A stretch of DNA of 64,000 bases from the human T2T-CHM13v2.0 reference genome, Homo sapiens: NCBI RefSeq assembly GCF_009914755.1, contig NC_060926.1. The stretch is one strand, 5' to 3'. Shown here piece after piece: positions 30,290 through 48,572 of the stretch; position 1 is the first letter of the stretch; each line of letters starts with the position of its first letter. The position numbers were made by a program, and so were the translations under genes. The notes below the pieces were generated by a model. It saw nothing but the letters and a program-made list of their open reading frames with translations. It had not been told where the DNA came from and ran no database searches.

Positions 30290-30460
30290 TTGAACAAGCA
30301 TCAGAATATCAGGGGTGCAGGGGGCTTGTTAACAGGCAGATTGCTAGGCCCCACCCCAGAGCTCTGATTCAGCATGCCTGGGGTAGGAGGCCCAAGAATG
30401 TACATTTCTATCAAGTTCCTAGGTGATGCTGCTGGTATGGGGACCACACGGAGAACCTCT
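30290..30460 (-). mobile_element. MER5A, opposite orientation
   Basis: GGCCCCACCCCAGAGCTCTGATTCAG...TTTCTATCAAGTTCCTAGGTGATGCTGCTGG...GGGACCACAC. Confidence 0.7.
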
Positions 30461-31239
30461 GTTCTAGAGAATCTTCTGACTCCTGTAGTCTGTGATTCAA
30501 ATTGGTCCCTGTTTGAGAATTGGAGTAAGCACTCACCTTAACCACCAGACTCCATCCCCAATGTCTGTGGCTGCTTTCAAAAGAGTCTGCATCAGCTCTG
30601 AAGACAATTTCCAAAGAGGAGCCTCCGCACTGCCCTGGCCATTGTCAGCAGGAGGGACCTTAGAGGCAGCATTCCTGTGCACAAATCCCGACAGGCTTGC
30701 TAAGAACTTCCAGTCCTCCGTGTGTAGACAGCAGCTCCCCTGTGCCTGGCCACTTGCTGGTTGAGAGCTCAGTTGAATCTCCAGCACGGGGTTACATTGC
30801 ACTGAGTCATGCCCTCTTCCTGCAGCCCTCTTAGTAACCGACATCAACCGAGTTGATGGGATCAGGCCTGCTCAGTATGCGGCTGGGAAATAGGGCCCCT
30901 TAAGATACAAGCTCCTGGACTAGCTATCCCCCACGGGAATTCTCCCAGGTACCCACTGCCATAACTGGTCATGAGATCCCACCACCAACAACAATAACGA
31001 CGAACATCCAGCACACACTTAGAGCCTGGGGCTCTTCCTAAAGGTTCCAGACACTACACCCTCCATGCCTGAGTGTGAAAACCTGATGGCCCTTCCCCAG
31101 ATCTGACCACAATTTCTGCCATTTAAAGTTCATTTTCTCTGATTTTGTCCTTCAGGGACACAGAACGCACCACTCTCCTCTCCACTCTCCTCTCCTGCCA
31201 CCCTCCCTCTCTCACCCACATAAACTCACATGAAAATGA

Positions 31240-31398
<159 letters not shown>

Positions 31399-33932
31399 TA
31401 AATCACTCCACCGCCTGATTTCTTTGGGGCACACTCTGGCCTGTGTTCTGTACAGCAACTTTTCCCCTGAGGTTGAAACAGCCCTCCGTCACCTCCAGGG
31501 AGATGACAAATAATGAGGCAGGGCCCGTTTCGTATCGAAACACAGGTTATCAGAGTGGGAGAGGAAAACGAGCCGGGACGTGTGTTCCACGCGTTTCCCA
31601 GGCCCTCGCTGTCCGTGCTCCTGGGCTCCCTCTTGTGGTTGAGAACCCAAGACGCCTGGGTGTTCGGAGCTCCTCCCACCTCGGAGCCCTCCTCCCCGGC
31701 CGGCCTAGTGCTGAAGCCCCCACTCCGCAAGGCTGAGGGGTGGTTTGGGGAACCACAGGTCACCTTCCTGGCATCCTCTTCACAGGACAAGGGAGGACTC
31801 AAGGTAGCGCTCCCTTCCGTGTGATTGTCAGGGCTGCAAACCTAGTCTCAAGTTCGACCAGCAGGGGTTCCCTGGCGGAGTGGTCCCTACTTGGTCACAC
31901 CTTGCTGGGGAATTGGACCCTCCGCCCCAACCCGCAAGCCCTTAAGGTCACTAGTTTGTGGCCAGTAGGTGATATAACGATAGTAATGATGATGATAATC
32001 ACCAGCACTGTGCTGTAACATGTCCTAAAAATGTATTATATTTTAATTGCAAAAATAATACATGCTCCTTGTAAATTAGTGAAAAAGAGGAAAGACACGT
32101 AAAGTTAACTATCTGCCCCTAACCGCTTTATTCTCAGCCCCGAAAGACCCTGCTGAATACGCTCAAACACAGGCAAATATGTTAGAGGTTGACCTCGGGG
32201 TCAGTCCCTTGAGAGCCAAGGGACTGACAGTGGATCCACTGACAGTGTCAGCGGATACACATTTTACGCATTCTTTTGGATACTGGCATAGCAGGCGATA
32301 GTATGGATGTACTGTAACTTACTCAATAGTCCCATTATTGACAGACATTCGTATGTTCTCAGGTTTTGCCATTACAAATAGTACAATATTGTATCCCTTT
32401 TAAACGGACGCTTTTGTGGTTATAGGATAGATTCCCAGAAGTGGAATTGCTGGTTCAAGTACTTTTTTATTTCAAATTAGATATTGACAATTTGGGGCAA
32501 GATGGCTTGCCCAGAAGGGTTGTGGTAATTCATATTTCCACCAACCAGGTATGAGAGGACCCACTTCCCCACATCCTTGCTGGCCCTGAATATGTTCTCT
32601 CTGTAGTTTTACCTATCTAATAAATGAAAACTAGTACTGTCTCGCTTTTATTTACATTTCTCTGATAACTAGGAAAGTTGAGTGTCTGTCCATATGTTTA
32701 CCATTTTGATTTTGCTTCCTTCTCCGTGAAATCTTCCTACCAAGCAAGTTGTGCATACGGGAGCTCCTTGTTTATTGCTCACAGGCTATCTTTTGCAACA
32801 ATAAATGAAACAAAGATTTCATCTATTGTGTCTCTGCCATACAGAAGTTTGAAATACTCATATGATCAAATATTTTTTGTTTATACCTTCTGAATTTCTT
32901 GTCTTGCTTAAAGACATTGCTCATCTGTCTTTTAATTGGATTATTCAGAAAGATAGGAAAGAAGAAAAGCTCTTCCAGTATTTTTTAAAAATTGTTTTTA
33001 CTTTATATTTAAATTTTTTTTACATGCCTGGAATGTATTTGGGTTTATGATGTGGTTATCTTCTAACTAGATATCCTCTTATGTTCTATATATTATTTCC
33101 CCTCTGAGAATTAATTAATATACAACATTTGTTCTATAATAGTCCTATAAAATCTGGGATCTCCTTCTGGACTTTTTTTCTTTCCTACTGATCCATTTGT
33201 CTACCTCATATCAATTTACTGCTTGACTTCAGTAGCTTTATAACAAGTTTTAATATCTGAAAAGGCAAGTCCTCTATCTCTGATCTTTTTCATAACTACT
33301 TTGGCTATTCTCAGACATTTATGTGAACTTTAAAATAATTTTATTAAATTTTAAAATAAACAATAATCCATTAGGGTTGGATCAAATTTATATACTTTTC
33401 AAAAGGATTAATGTTTTTATGCTAGTAACTAAGAACATTAAGACAATAATGTTCTTCATTGTTTAGGACTTGTTTTATGTTATTCCATAATTTTTTTTTG
33501 TACCTTTCTTGTTATATTTATTTCTAGCTATTTTATGAGTTTTGGCCCTATTGCAGATGGGATGGTTTTCTCCGTTGCCTCTTCTAACTGGTTACTACTA
33601 AAATAGAAAAAAAAGGAGGGGGGGAATGATTTTTAAATATTTATCTTATAAACAGCCAAATTATCTTATTCATTCTAAAACCTTCTTTCTAAACCAGAAC
33701 CTCTTGAGTCTTTCTAAATGTATAATATAATCTGCAAATAAAGGGAATTATGTCTCTTTTTCCGTCAGTATACTTTTACTTTACTTTTTATTTTGAAACA
33801 ATTTCAATTTTATAAAAATTTGCAAAGATAAAAATAGTAGTAGGAACATCCATGTCACCAACGGTTAATATATTATTTCATTTGCTCTATCATTTGCTCT
33901 CCATGTGTGACTGTGTGTGCATAATTTTTTCC

Positions 33933-36269
<2,337 letters not shown>

Positions 36270-37619
36270 TATGTAGGGTTTTTTGAGGATATTCTTTTTG
36301 GAGTTAAGAAATTTCCCTTTTATTTCCTGTTTTCAAAGAGTACTTTTGTTCTTTTTTGTTTTGGTTTTAATCATGGATGGGTTTTTTTGACTTTTTTCAA
36401 AATGTTTTTAGGTGTTCATAGTTTTTAATCTTTTAATTTGTTAATAAGGTGAATTACATGAATAGATTTTCTCATATTAGACTAGCCTTACTTCCCTAAA
36501 ATAATCCCAACTTGGTCTTTTAAAATTTCTGTTTATGTGTATATGTTTATCTTCATTTCTTTTCTTTACTATTTTGGCTTATAACTTGGTCTTTTTTATA
36601 CATTGCTAGATTGGGTTAATATTTTGTTAGGATTTGTGCATCCATGTTCACGAGTGAGATTGCCTACAAGTTTCCCATAATTATTTTATTTTGGTATCAA
36701 GGCTATAATTGCCTCATAAAATGAGTTAAATACAGTACCTTCTCTTCCTGGCTTTGAAGAGCTTAAGTTTCAAATTATTTATTCCTTGACTGTTAGAACT
36801 CACTGGTAAAACTATCTGGGATTGCTATTTAATATCTTAAAGATTTCAGGATTATTCTGGCTTTCAATATCATTTTCAGTTGGTTCTGGTTTGAGTTATA
36901 TTTATTCATGTTATCTAATTTCTCAAATGTGTTGCATAAAATTGTTCATAGTTCATCTTTTTAATATTATCAGTTTATCTAGTTGTGAATTTATCCCAAC
37001 AATTATTTATTCATGCCTTTCTTATTTCTTAATCTGTGTTGCCAGCAATTTGTCTACTTTATTCAGCTTTTCAAAAAACCAATTGGCTTTGTTGGTCTTC
37101 TCTATTCTATATTTGTTTTCTGTTTTAATAATTTCTCCTCTTATTTCCTCTACTTTCTTTGGGGTTTTAATGCTGTTCTTTTTTCTGACTTCTCACATTG
37201 CATACTTTTAGCTTCTTCAACATTTTTCTTATCTAATATAATCATTTAAAGCTTTGAATGCATCACACATATATTGACATACAGCTTTTCACTATTATGG
37301 GAGCGAAATGTTTTCTAGTTCTGATTATAAATGCTTCTATAGCTAGAATGCTTTTCTTTCCAAATGTAAGAGGTATTTCTAACCATTTTTTTGCTGTTGT
37401 TATTGATTTCTAACTTACTTTTATGGTCAGAGAATATGGCACAGCTTTATATCTTTCATAGGTAATGGCACAAAATCATGACCTCCTCATTCTTTTCCAG
37501 ATAATCTGTTATTTCAGTTTTGATTGCCTCTAATGACAAGGAGTAATTCAGAAGCGTGCTTTAATTTCTCAGAATATTAGGAATTTGGGAGGAAAGTGTT
37601 GTCTTTTTACCATCAATAT

Positions 37620-38335
37620 TTTGTTTGTTTGTTGTTTTGGGTTTTTGTTTGGTTTGGTTTTGTTTTTCATAGAGATGGGTCTCGCTGTGTTGCCCAGGCT
37701 GATCTCAACCTCCTAGGTTCAAGTGATCCTCTCACCTCAGCCTCCCAAAGTGCTGGGATTACAGGCGTGAGCCACTGTGCCTGGCCCCATTAATTTTAGT
37801 TGGATTATGATTATGGCTTACTCCCTGGTAAATCAGCGACCTGGGAAGTGAGGTGAGGAGCCTAGGGGATGCAATGCGTTTGCTCCAGGACTTTTTCCGG
37901 GAAGAAGGTGCAGGTATGGGGCTTAGATCTCTTGGTGCTGATGACAGCTGACGATGAGTGTCAATGGGGATGGTGTGCTCTGCTAGCCCAGCTTCCCAGG
38001 CCAAGTCTGTGACCTCCTCTAGCTGTGGGTAAAGACTGGGACTTGGTGGCTCCCAGAGCGTGCACAGACAGCAGAGCTCAGGGATTCCCCGGGGCAAAGC
38101 TCTACCTGCCCATGTGCTGCCTGTGGTCCTGGAGGAACAGCCTGATGGTTTGTTGGTTTGGTTTTTGGTTTGGTTTGGTTTGGTTTTCTGAGATAGGGTT
38201 TCACTCTGTCACCCAGGCTGACGTGGGACATGATCACGCAGTGGCATGCAGTGGCATGATCATGGCTCATTGCAAGTTCGACCTCCTGGGCTCAAGTGAT
38301 CTTCCTTTCTCAGCTACCTGAGTATCTGGGACCCT
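37620..38335 (-). mobile_element. Two old Alu monomers/fragments (37620-37786, 38148-38335)
   Basis: Antisense Alu arms with (TTTGG)n-type tails. Confidence 0.75.
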
Positions 38336-38664
38336 GATGTGTTATAAAAATTGAAATATAACTCACATACTGTTAATTCAGTAGCTTTTAGTATATTCAC
38401 AGTTATGCAAACATCATCATAATAAAATTCCAAAACATTGTCATCACCTCAAAAAGAAACCTCATGCCCATTAGTCCTCACTCCAGTCCTCCCTCTCCCA
38501 GCCCCTGAGCACCAACTAATCTACTTTCTGTCTTTATGGAATTGCCTATTCTGGACATTTTCTATTAATAGAACTGTGTAATATGTGGCCTGCTGTGCCT
38601 GACTTTTTTCACTTAGCATAATATTTTCAAGGTTCATTCATGTTGCGGCATCTATCAGTGCTTC

Positions 38665-39389
38665 TTTTTTTTAATGAATTGGCATATTTGTTTATTTCTC
38701 AATTCGTGAAAATGTCCTTAATTTGTTGATGTAGCAAACAAATTTCAACTCTGCTAGGCAAAAAAACAAATCCGCTTTGCAGTGAACTTCATATAATTCA
38801 ACTGCATACAGGCAACACACTATATATGAAAAAAGTTACTAACTGAATTATGGGTATTAACTACTGAAAAGAGTTAACAGTTTATTATAATTTTTTTTTT
38901 CACAATCTAGGAAGCTGGCAGCCAGCAGCAGTTCTAACACAATTTCGGGTGCTATTGGGAATTCGGGAATCTTGGTGGAGCTGTTACTGTAGTGAAACTT
39001 GTTCGCAAAATACAAGCATACTTTTACTAGCACATGTGAAGGAATCTCTCTAAAATTGACCTCATTGGTTTTGTTCTCAGCAAACTGATCTGGGCCATTC
39101 AACATAGTTTTTATTGTGCCTGGTGTTGATGCCTGTTCTCTTTTTACAATACATTCATGACCATTGGATGATATCAATTTGACATACATGGCATCAGGGA
39201 CTTCATAGCCACCATAGGTTTTCTCCTCTCCATCCATTTTGTTCTTATGAAATCCTCCTTTGCTTCCCAAGGAACTTGAGAAGTTTTTCATTAGCCCCAC
39301 AGCCACCATAGCCGGGTCCCCATGTACTGCCATAGCCCCATTCCAGGGCTGCCCCCTGACCCGGCTGCCTGCCCCCATGGGTTCCAGGG
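38665..39389 (-). pseudogene. ELOCP21: Processed ELOC (TCEB1, elongin C) retrocopy, probably ELOCP21
   Basis: Intronless [10 protein letters not shown]...[12 protein letters not shown] from ATG 39237 to 38902; 5' and 3' UTR-like flanks; AATAAA at 38691-38696 (- strand); short A tail; degenerate TSD CAGTGCTTCTTTTT / CAGTCCCTTCCTTTTT; inserted into an L1M. The pseudogene number is from memory. Confidence 0.9.
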
Positions 39390-39599
39390 CAGTCCCTTCC
39401 TTTTTAATGCTGAATGATATTCTATTGTATGAATACATCATATTTTGTTTATCCATTCATCAGTTGATGGACATTGAGTTATTTTCACTTTTGGCTATTA
39501 TGAATATTGCCAGACTGCTTTCCAAAGTGGCTGCACTATTTTCTATTCCTCCCAGCACTGTATGAGCATTCAAATTTCTTCACATCCTCAACACTTGTT

Positions 39600-40425
<826 letters not shown>

Positions 40426-41046
40426 TAGCCTGATTTTTAAAATCCTTGATCCCTGGAAGGACTGCGTGAGTCAATTCTAGTCCCATGCCACTGGTATCGA
40501 AGGACGCCTGAGCAGAGGGAAGCACTTTGCGAGTGTGTTTACCCCTAGTCCACAGAGGCAGAAACAGATATGCTGTCCAGGATCCCGAGGCAGCCCAGTC
40601 ATTATTACATCTTTATTGAGGTTTTACAAAGTGCCAGGCACCATGCTAATGGATCTGCATATGTTATCTCATTTCCTCCCTGCAGCAGCCGTGGGAAGTA
40701 GGTGTTATTATTATCCACATTTTAAAGACGAGGAAACTAAACCTCATTACTTATGACTTACGTATTTAATGAGTTACTGAAATCGTAAAGTAACTTCCAC
40801 AAGGTCAGGCAGCTACTAAGCTTCAGAGTTTCAGCTGTAACCTGGTCTTGCAACTCTGAAGTGGGTGCAACTGCCTCCCAAACAGAATTCAAACTTTCAC
40901 TTCCCAGCCCCTTGAGTTCATTTCCACAAGTGTCTGGACACTAGAGGGGAGAGAACAGTTTGGGACTGGGTCAGGGAGGGCCGGAGGAGGAGAAGGGACT
41001 TTGCCTCCAGTCTCACTGTCACGTGGCTGCTCTCCCCTCCTGCCAG

Positions 41047-41145
41047 TTTGCCCAGTATGCGGAGATCGTCCACTTCACCCTCCCAGATGGGACTCAGAGG
41101 AGCGGGCAGGTGCTTGAGGTGGCTGGCACCAAGGCGATTGTTCAG
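41047..41145 (+). CDS. ATP6V1B1: ATP6V1B1 exon 3
   Basis: [33 protein letters not shown]; AG/GT boundaries; 99 nt. Confidence 0.97.
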
Positions 41146-41333
41146 GTGAGTGGGGTCAATGGGACATTGGCTAGTTAAATCAATGAATTAACCCATAAAG
41201 TTCCCACACTATCTACAAACTCTGAAGGCAGGAAATGGTCTATTTCCCTGAGAGCACAGAAAGTGCCCAGAATGGGTAGCCCCATTCCCTCCAGCAGGCC
41301 CCTTAGTGGAGAAACTCCCTCTTGTTCCCACAG

Positions 41334-41427
41334 GTGTTTGAAGGGACATCAGGGATCGATGCCAGGAAGACCACTTGCGAATTTACAGGGGACATCCTAC
41401 GAACTCCGGTGTCAGAGGACATGCTGG
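41334..41427 (+). CDS. ATP6V1B1: ATP6V1B1 exon 4
   Basis: [31 protein letters not shown]; 94 nt. Confidence 0.97.
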
Positions 41428-41987
41428 GTGAGGGACAGGGAGGGGCAGGGGTGGGGGTGCTCCTCTGCCCTCCCAGCCCAGCTTCTCTGACCAAACCCTC
41501 AGCACACTACACTGTCACTTCCTGTTTACTTCCTGCCTGTCTCTCTGGTGGGCTCTTTGAGGTCTGGGGTATGTCTTCTCTCTGATTCCTGACCCCAGCT
41601 CAGGGTCTGACATACAGGTGTTCAATAAATGAGGAAGGTGGGTTCAATAAACTAGAGACACAGTAGGTAGCCACCTATTTGGAGCCAGGCTGAAAGGGAC
41701 TGCTAAGCCTTGAATATCCCCTAATTCTCTCCCAAGACCTGGCCTGGCCCTCTCCTCTCTCTAGTCCTGGAATCCCCCATTAGAGTCATGGTCCTGGGCC
41801 AAGGCCTTGCCTGTAAAGGTTTCCAGGAGAGGAAGGAAGACTCTCACAGGACAGTCCTTGTAGCTGGCTCTCTGGGTTACCTGTGGGCTGCCGGGGAGGG
41901 GGATACAGGGCACTCCTGTGGGGAGTGGGTGGGAGCTGGTGGTGGTGTGGAGGGTAGACAGTAGTGAGGGACACAGGGCTAGCCTGA

Positions 41988-42101
<114 letters not shown>

Positions 42102-42671
42102 TGACTGGAGGTTCTGGATGGCTTCGGGACCCAGCCCTAACACCTTCCCCACTCTTGGAAGTTCTGCCCAGACTCACAAGCAGATCAGATGTGATGGGAG
42201 AGCAGCAAAGGCCTCTCTATCCCCAAATCTTCCACTGAACCCCAACACTGCCGTCAGCACTCCATGTCCATCCCCTGTAAAATGCCATCATCATTGGGCA
42301 GTGTTCCACGCCTGCCCGAAGGCCATCATGCCCCTGCCTTTGGCTTCCTGTCCACAATCCTGAGAATGGGCTGCGGTGCTCTGCCGGCTCTCGTCCATTC
42401 AAGTGGGCACCTTCCCCAGGCCTCAAACCCTATCCCATCTGTTTACTGAGGACACACTGGGAGGCCTGTGGGAGCCCGTGGCTTGCCCTACGCCACACAG
42501 AAAGTCAGTGGCAGAGCACAGAAGACTCATCTGCTCAGACAGGAGGCTGAGTCACCCGCAGGCCCTCTGAACCCTGCACTAGTATCTGGAGGTGGTGATG
42601 AGGGCTCTGCCCTCTTGGGCCCTGAAGCCTCAGCCTGAGTTTCCACCTGCCTGCCACTTCCAAAGCACAAG

Positions 42672-42862
42672 GGCAGCTCTGTCCAAGGTAGCACTGGGCC
42701 TGTGGCTATTTAAATTTAAACTAATTCAAACAGAAAGAAAGTCCCATTTCAGAGTCACACGTCATGTGCTCAATAGCCATTTGTATCTAGGGCTACATCA
42801 GGCAGCACGGCCAGAGCACGTTTCTATCATCACAGAAAGTTCCGTCAAACAGGGCGGCTCTG
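42672..42862. mobile_element. MER33/MER3-like hAT element
   Basis: TGTGGCTATTTAAATTTAAA...GTGCTCAATAGCCA...TTTCTATCATCACAGAAAGTTC. Confidence 0.6.
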
Positions 42863-42911
42863 GAGTCTGGGGTCAGTGTCGAGGAGAGCAGGGAAGGGTT
42901 TGAACCCCTGA

Positions 42912-43148
<237 letters not shown>

Positions 43149-43921
43149 TGAGGACAGCTCCTGTGCCAAGCAGGCAGGGGCTGGCAGGGCTGGGGTCGCC
43201 AGCATCGAGACTGGCAGCTGTCCCTGGGCAGCTCAGGGACTCAGGACTGCACAAGATTTCCTCCAGGTCCAATCTTCAGGCTGCCCCAAATGAGGCAGCC
43301 CATGGGGAGCTCCCAGAGTAGAAAGTCCTGCTTGGGGGAGCTCACAGCCCCTACCACCATCCCTGCACTCATCTTTACTCACCCGCTCCTGCTTCTCTCA
43401 ACCACCAACAGTGAACAGCCGCTTCCTCTCAGAGCAGCTGGTGTGACAAGGTCTCTAGATGCTCCTCCAGCCACCCAGCACCCTGATCACTCAAAATGGC
43501 CTGAGTGATCAGAGGGCATAAGTGCCCCCACCCTACTGTGACCCTTCCTTCCCAGCTCTGGACATGGTGTCTTGGAGGCCCACAGACTACAGGCCCAGGG
43601 CAACTCTGTGTCCAAATAGCGCCCCCAGCAGGCTGTGGAGGGGTATGGAGCTGCCCTATGCCAAGGTACCCAGACCCATAAAGAGGCAGTTGCTCTTTGG
43701 GACTGTTACTCTGTCCTGCCTCTCGTGTCAGGCACCCCCAGCCCACTAGCAGCCCACAATAACTCCCACCCCCCACCCCAAGAAAGACTAGCACCTGGGG
43801 CAGCCCCCTCACCTCTCTGGGCTTGGATCCCTCCCACCAAAGGCCATGAGCCAGTGGTGCTCAGTGGGACAGGGGTCAGCTCCGACTCTGACGTCCTCCT
43901 GCCCAATCCACTCTGCCCTAG

Positions 43922-44095
<174 letters not shown>

Positions 44096-44521
44096 TGACC
44101 TGATCTGATGGGGAAGCCATCAGTGTCCCGGCCAGCCAGGAGGGGTGAGGATGGGAGCAGTGACCACGGCCATGTGTCCCTCAGGGTGTCCCAAAGGCAA
44201 TCACAGTGGTAGGATGGGCCCTGGGTGGCCTGAAGGAGGGGAAGCCAGGGGATTGGGGGAAAAAAGATAGCTTCAGGAACGGGAGGCCTGGGAGGCCAGG
44301 GAGGTGGGCAGAGCAGCAGCTGGCGACAGGAGGGGCAGGGATGGCACTGAGCAGAGCTGGACTTAAAGAAGTCTCAGCCTCTCCAGGGGGATCTGACAAG
44401 GCCCTATGAGGACTGGGGCAGCAAACCCAGTGCCTGCCCTTTCCAGCCCCGGGGTCACCCCATGGCCTTGGTGTCTTCACCCCCAGCGACTGGTAGCTGG
44501 TCAGTCCACAGGCTTTCCTGA

Positions 44522-44695
<174 letters not shown>

Positions 44696-45757
44696 TGAGC
44701 TTTCCCTGATGCCCAAACTGCCCTCAGGTGGGCAGACCCCGTCCCCTTCCAAGACCTACAGTACCAGGGCTCCAGGGCATCCCAGAACTACAGCCATACG
44801 CCAGAGCTGGGAGAACAACCCTCATTGTGTAGATAGGGAAACTGAGGCCTGGGAAGGGCTAGGAAAACTCACAGGCAGAGGGAGCCAGAACATGACTCTG
44901 TCTGCTGCCTGTGCCCTCTGCTCTTCCCACAACCCATGTCCAGCCACCATTCCAACTCAGGGCTCCTCATCTCTGTGTCACATCCACAAAGTCACCCCAA
45001 GAAGATCAAACTGCTATTATAAAAGTGTAGAAAATGGGAGTTTAAATCTGGGGGTCAGGTGGATGAAAACAATTCTAATAAACTATCCTGGGTATTTCTG
45101 GAGGGTACTCCAGAAAGCAGATAATAGAATTCTGGAGGTTTTGGTGACATCCCCAAGGGGAAGAGCCACAGCTCCAGAGCTGGGAACTGAGAGTGTCTGA
45201 AGCTGAGGTACGGTATTCAGGAGCACTTCACGTGGGAAGGGTTCATAGGGCTGGCAAGCATAGGGACGAGCACATTAGGTGTGCTTTGAGCAGTGAAAGG
45301 GACAGTGAGAGGAGCAGTGAGAGGGACGAAACCATCCAGAGGACATGCAGTGAGGGTGCTCCAGCTGACCCAAGTGTGGGTGCCCTAGGATAAGACAGAG
45401 CTAAAGCAGGTGCCCCCAACTCATCTACAGTGTGATATGCCAGAGTCCTTCCCCTTCGGTCCACAGGGGACAAAAGCCACTCTCATCTTCATCAGGCACT
45501 CCTGGCCCTGCCTGGCTTTTCCCACCCAACTTGCCTCCTGGCCTCAGCCCCTGTCCCCTTTCCTACCTTGGACAGTAGGCGAGGTGTGTGTTGGAGTCTG
45601 CCTACTCCCAGGAACCATGGCCCTGGCCTAGGGGATGGGGGCAAGGGCTCATCTTATCCATTCCTCTGCCACTATGCACAACACCAGCTTCCCAGTTCAC
45701 CTTGCGCTCAGCCCCCAGGCTATGTGGTGCATTAGCCCAGGCCTCCAGGCTCTCTAA

Positions 45758-45946
<189 letters not shown>

Positions 45947-46021
45947 TAAGCCTGACACCCCAGACGGTCACCCTGCAAATAGAGGGGAGCTGGTCCACCC
46001 AAGCCTGCCCCACTCCCATGA

Positions 46022-46489
<468 letters not shown>

Positions 46490-46572
46490 TGAGGGAAACA
46501 GACCCCAGGTGGCCCTGAGTGGTTGGAGACCTGGGCCCCCACCCACACTGAGGCCAGTGAGTTTTCTTGTAG

Positions 46573-46655
46573 ATATCACCCACCCTATCCCAGACTTGAC
46601 GGGCTTCATCACAGAGGGACAGATCTACGTGGACAGACAGCTTCACAACAGACAG
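46573..46655 (+). CDS. ATP6V1B1: ATP6V1B1 exon 11
   Basis: [28 protein letters not shown]; 83 nt. Confidence 0.97.
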
Positions 46656-47307
46656 GTACTGCCCTGTCCCTACCCACTTCCTGCTCTCAGCCCAGAGAAA
46701 CACTGAGGAACAGATGTTTCACTGCCCCCAGGCATGAATTAGGAGGGGCCAGCCAAAGCGAACCCCAAACAGGAGACAGCCACAGGGAAGACTGCATGGT
46801 TCACAGACAGAAGACAGGCCTGAGCAGAATCTGGTTTACCTGGCTCTGGGATCTTGAGAAGATAATTTCATCTCTTGGATCCTAGGTTTCCTCATCCATA
46901 AAATGGGAATAATCAAATATATCACCCAGACGCATTGTGGAGGATAAAAATAAGTTGGCATATAGAAAGCATCTGGCAGATAGTCAATACTATTTGCCTT
47001 CCCTTTCCAGTTATTTGCTTCGGTGGGCAGAAAACAACGGCTAACTAACACACATCTGTCCTGTGTGTAGGTTAAAGGTGACCTCTATGACGTTTTTCTC
47101 TTTGCTTGGCAGGTATTTTTTTTTTTTTTTTTTTTTTTGCAGCTATTAACCATTAAGCTTCAAAGTGGTTTTTGTCCACATTATCAAAAGTTTTGAAATA
47201 CTGAGCCTTTTATTAACTAATGCCATGTCATCTTCCCCCTCCACTGTTCTGTCTAGGGCCACATATAAGACAGCTGATGCCCAAGCCCTAGAATTTGTGG
47301 GAGATAA

Positions 47308-47571
<264 letters not shown>

Positions 47572-47596
47572 TAGGTCCTCTAGTTTCCGAAGCTGA

Positions 47597-48123
<527 letters not shown>

Positions 48124-48401
48124 CCCCGCGCGCCGTGGCACCCCAACACCGGCAGGGAACCTACCCTCGGCTCCCGGGTCTCCCCTCCCTCGCCACCCCA
48201 ACCAGCGGCTTCTGCGCCGCCCTCCGCCCTCCGCTGGCTCCGAGGTGGTGGGGGCGCCGCACGCTCCATCCCTTTCCCTCGCTCGATTCCTTTTCCCGCG
48301 CTCCATGCCTCCCCCTCGACTCCCGGTGCTGCGGAAGAACTGAAGGTTGCGATGCCTTACTCTGACGGGAGCATCTGTATTTTTATGTTAAAAGCCCACA
48401 A

Positions 48402-48413
48402 AATAAAAATAAA
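48402..48413 (+). terminator. ATP6V1B1: ATP6V1B1 tandem polyadenylation signals
   Basis: AATAAA AATAAA about 280 nt after the stop codon. Confidence 0.85.
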
Positions 48414-48572
48414 AAGTAACTGAGATGAATTTACCTTCGTTGAAAACAAGATTGGCAAAAGAAAGATAAAAATGAAAGGAAAAGATAATTGTTGAAGCTG
48501 GGGGCTGGGGTTATGAGCACACGGAGTTCATTAAACTATTCTCCCTATTTAAAAAAAAAAAAAAAAAAAAAA

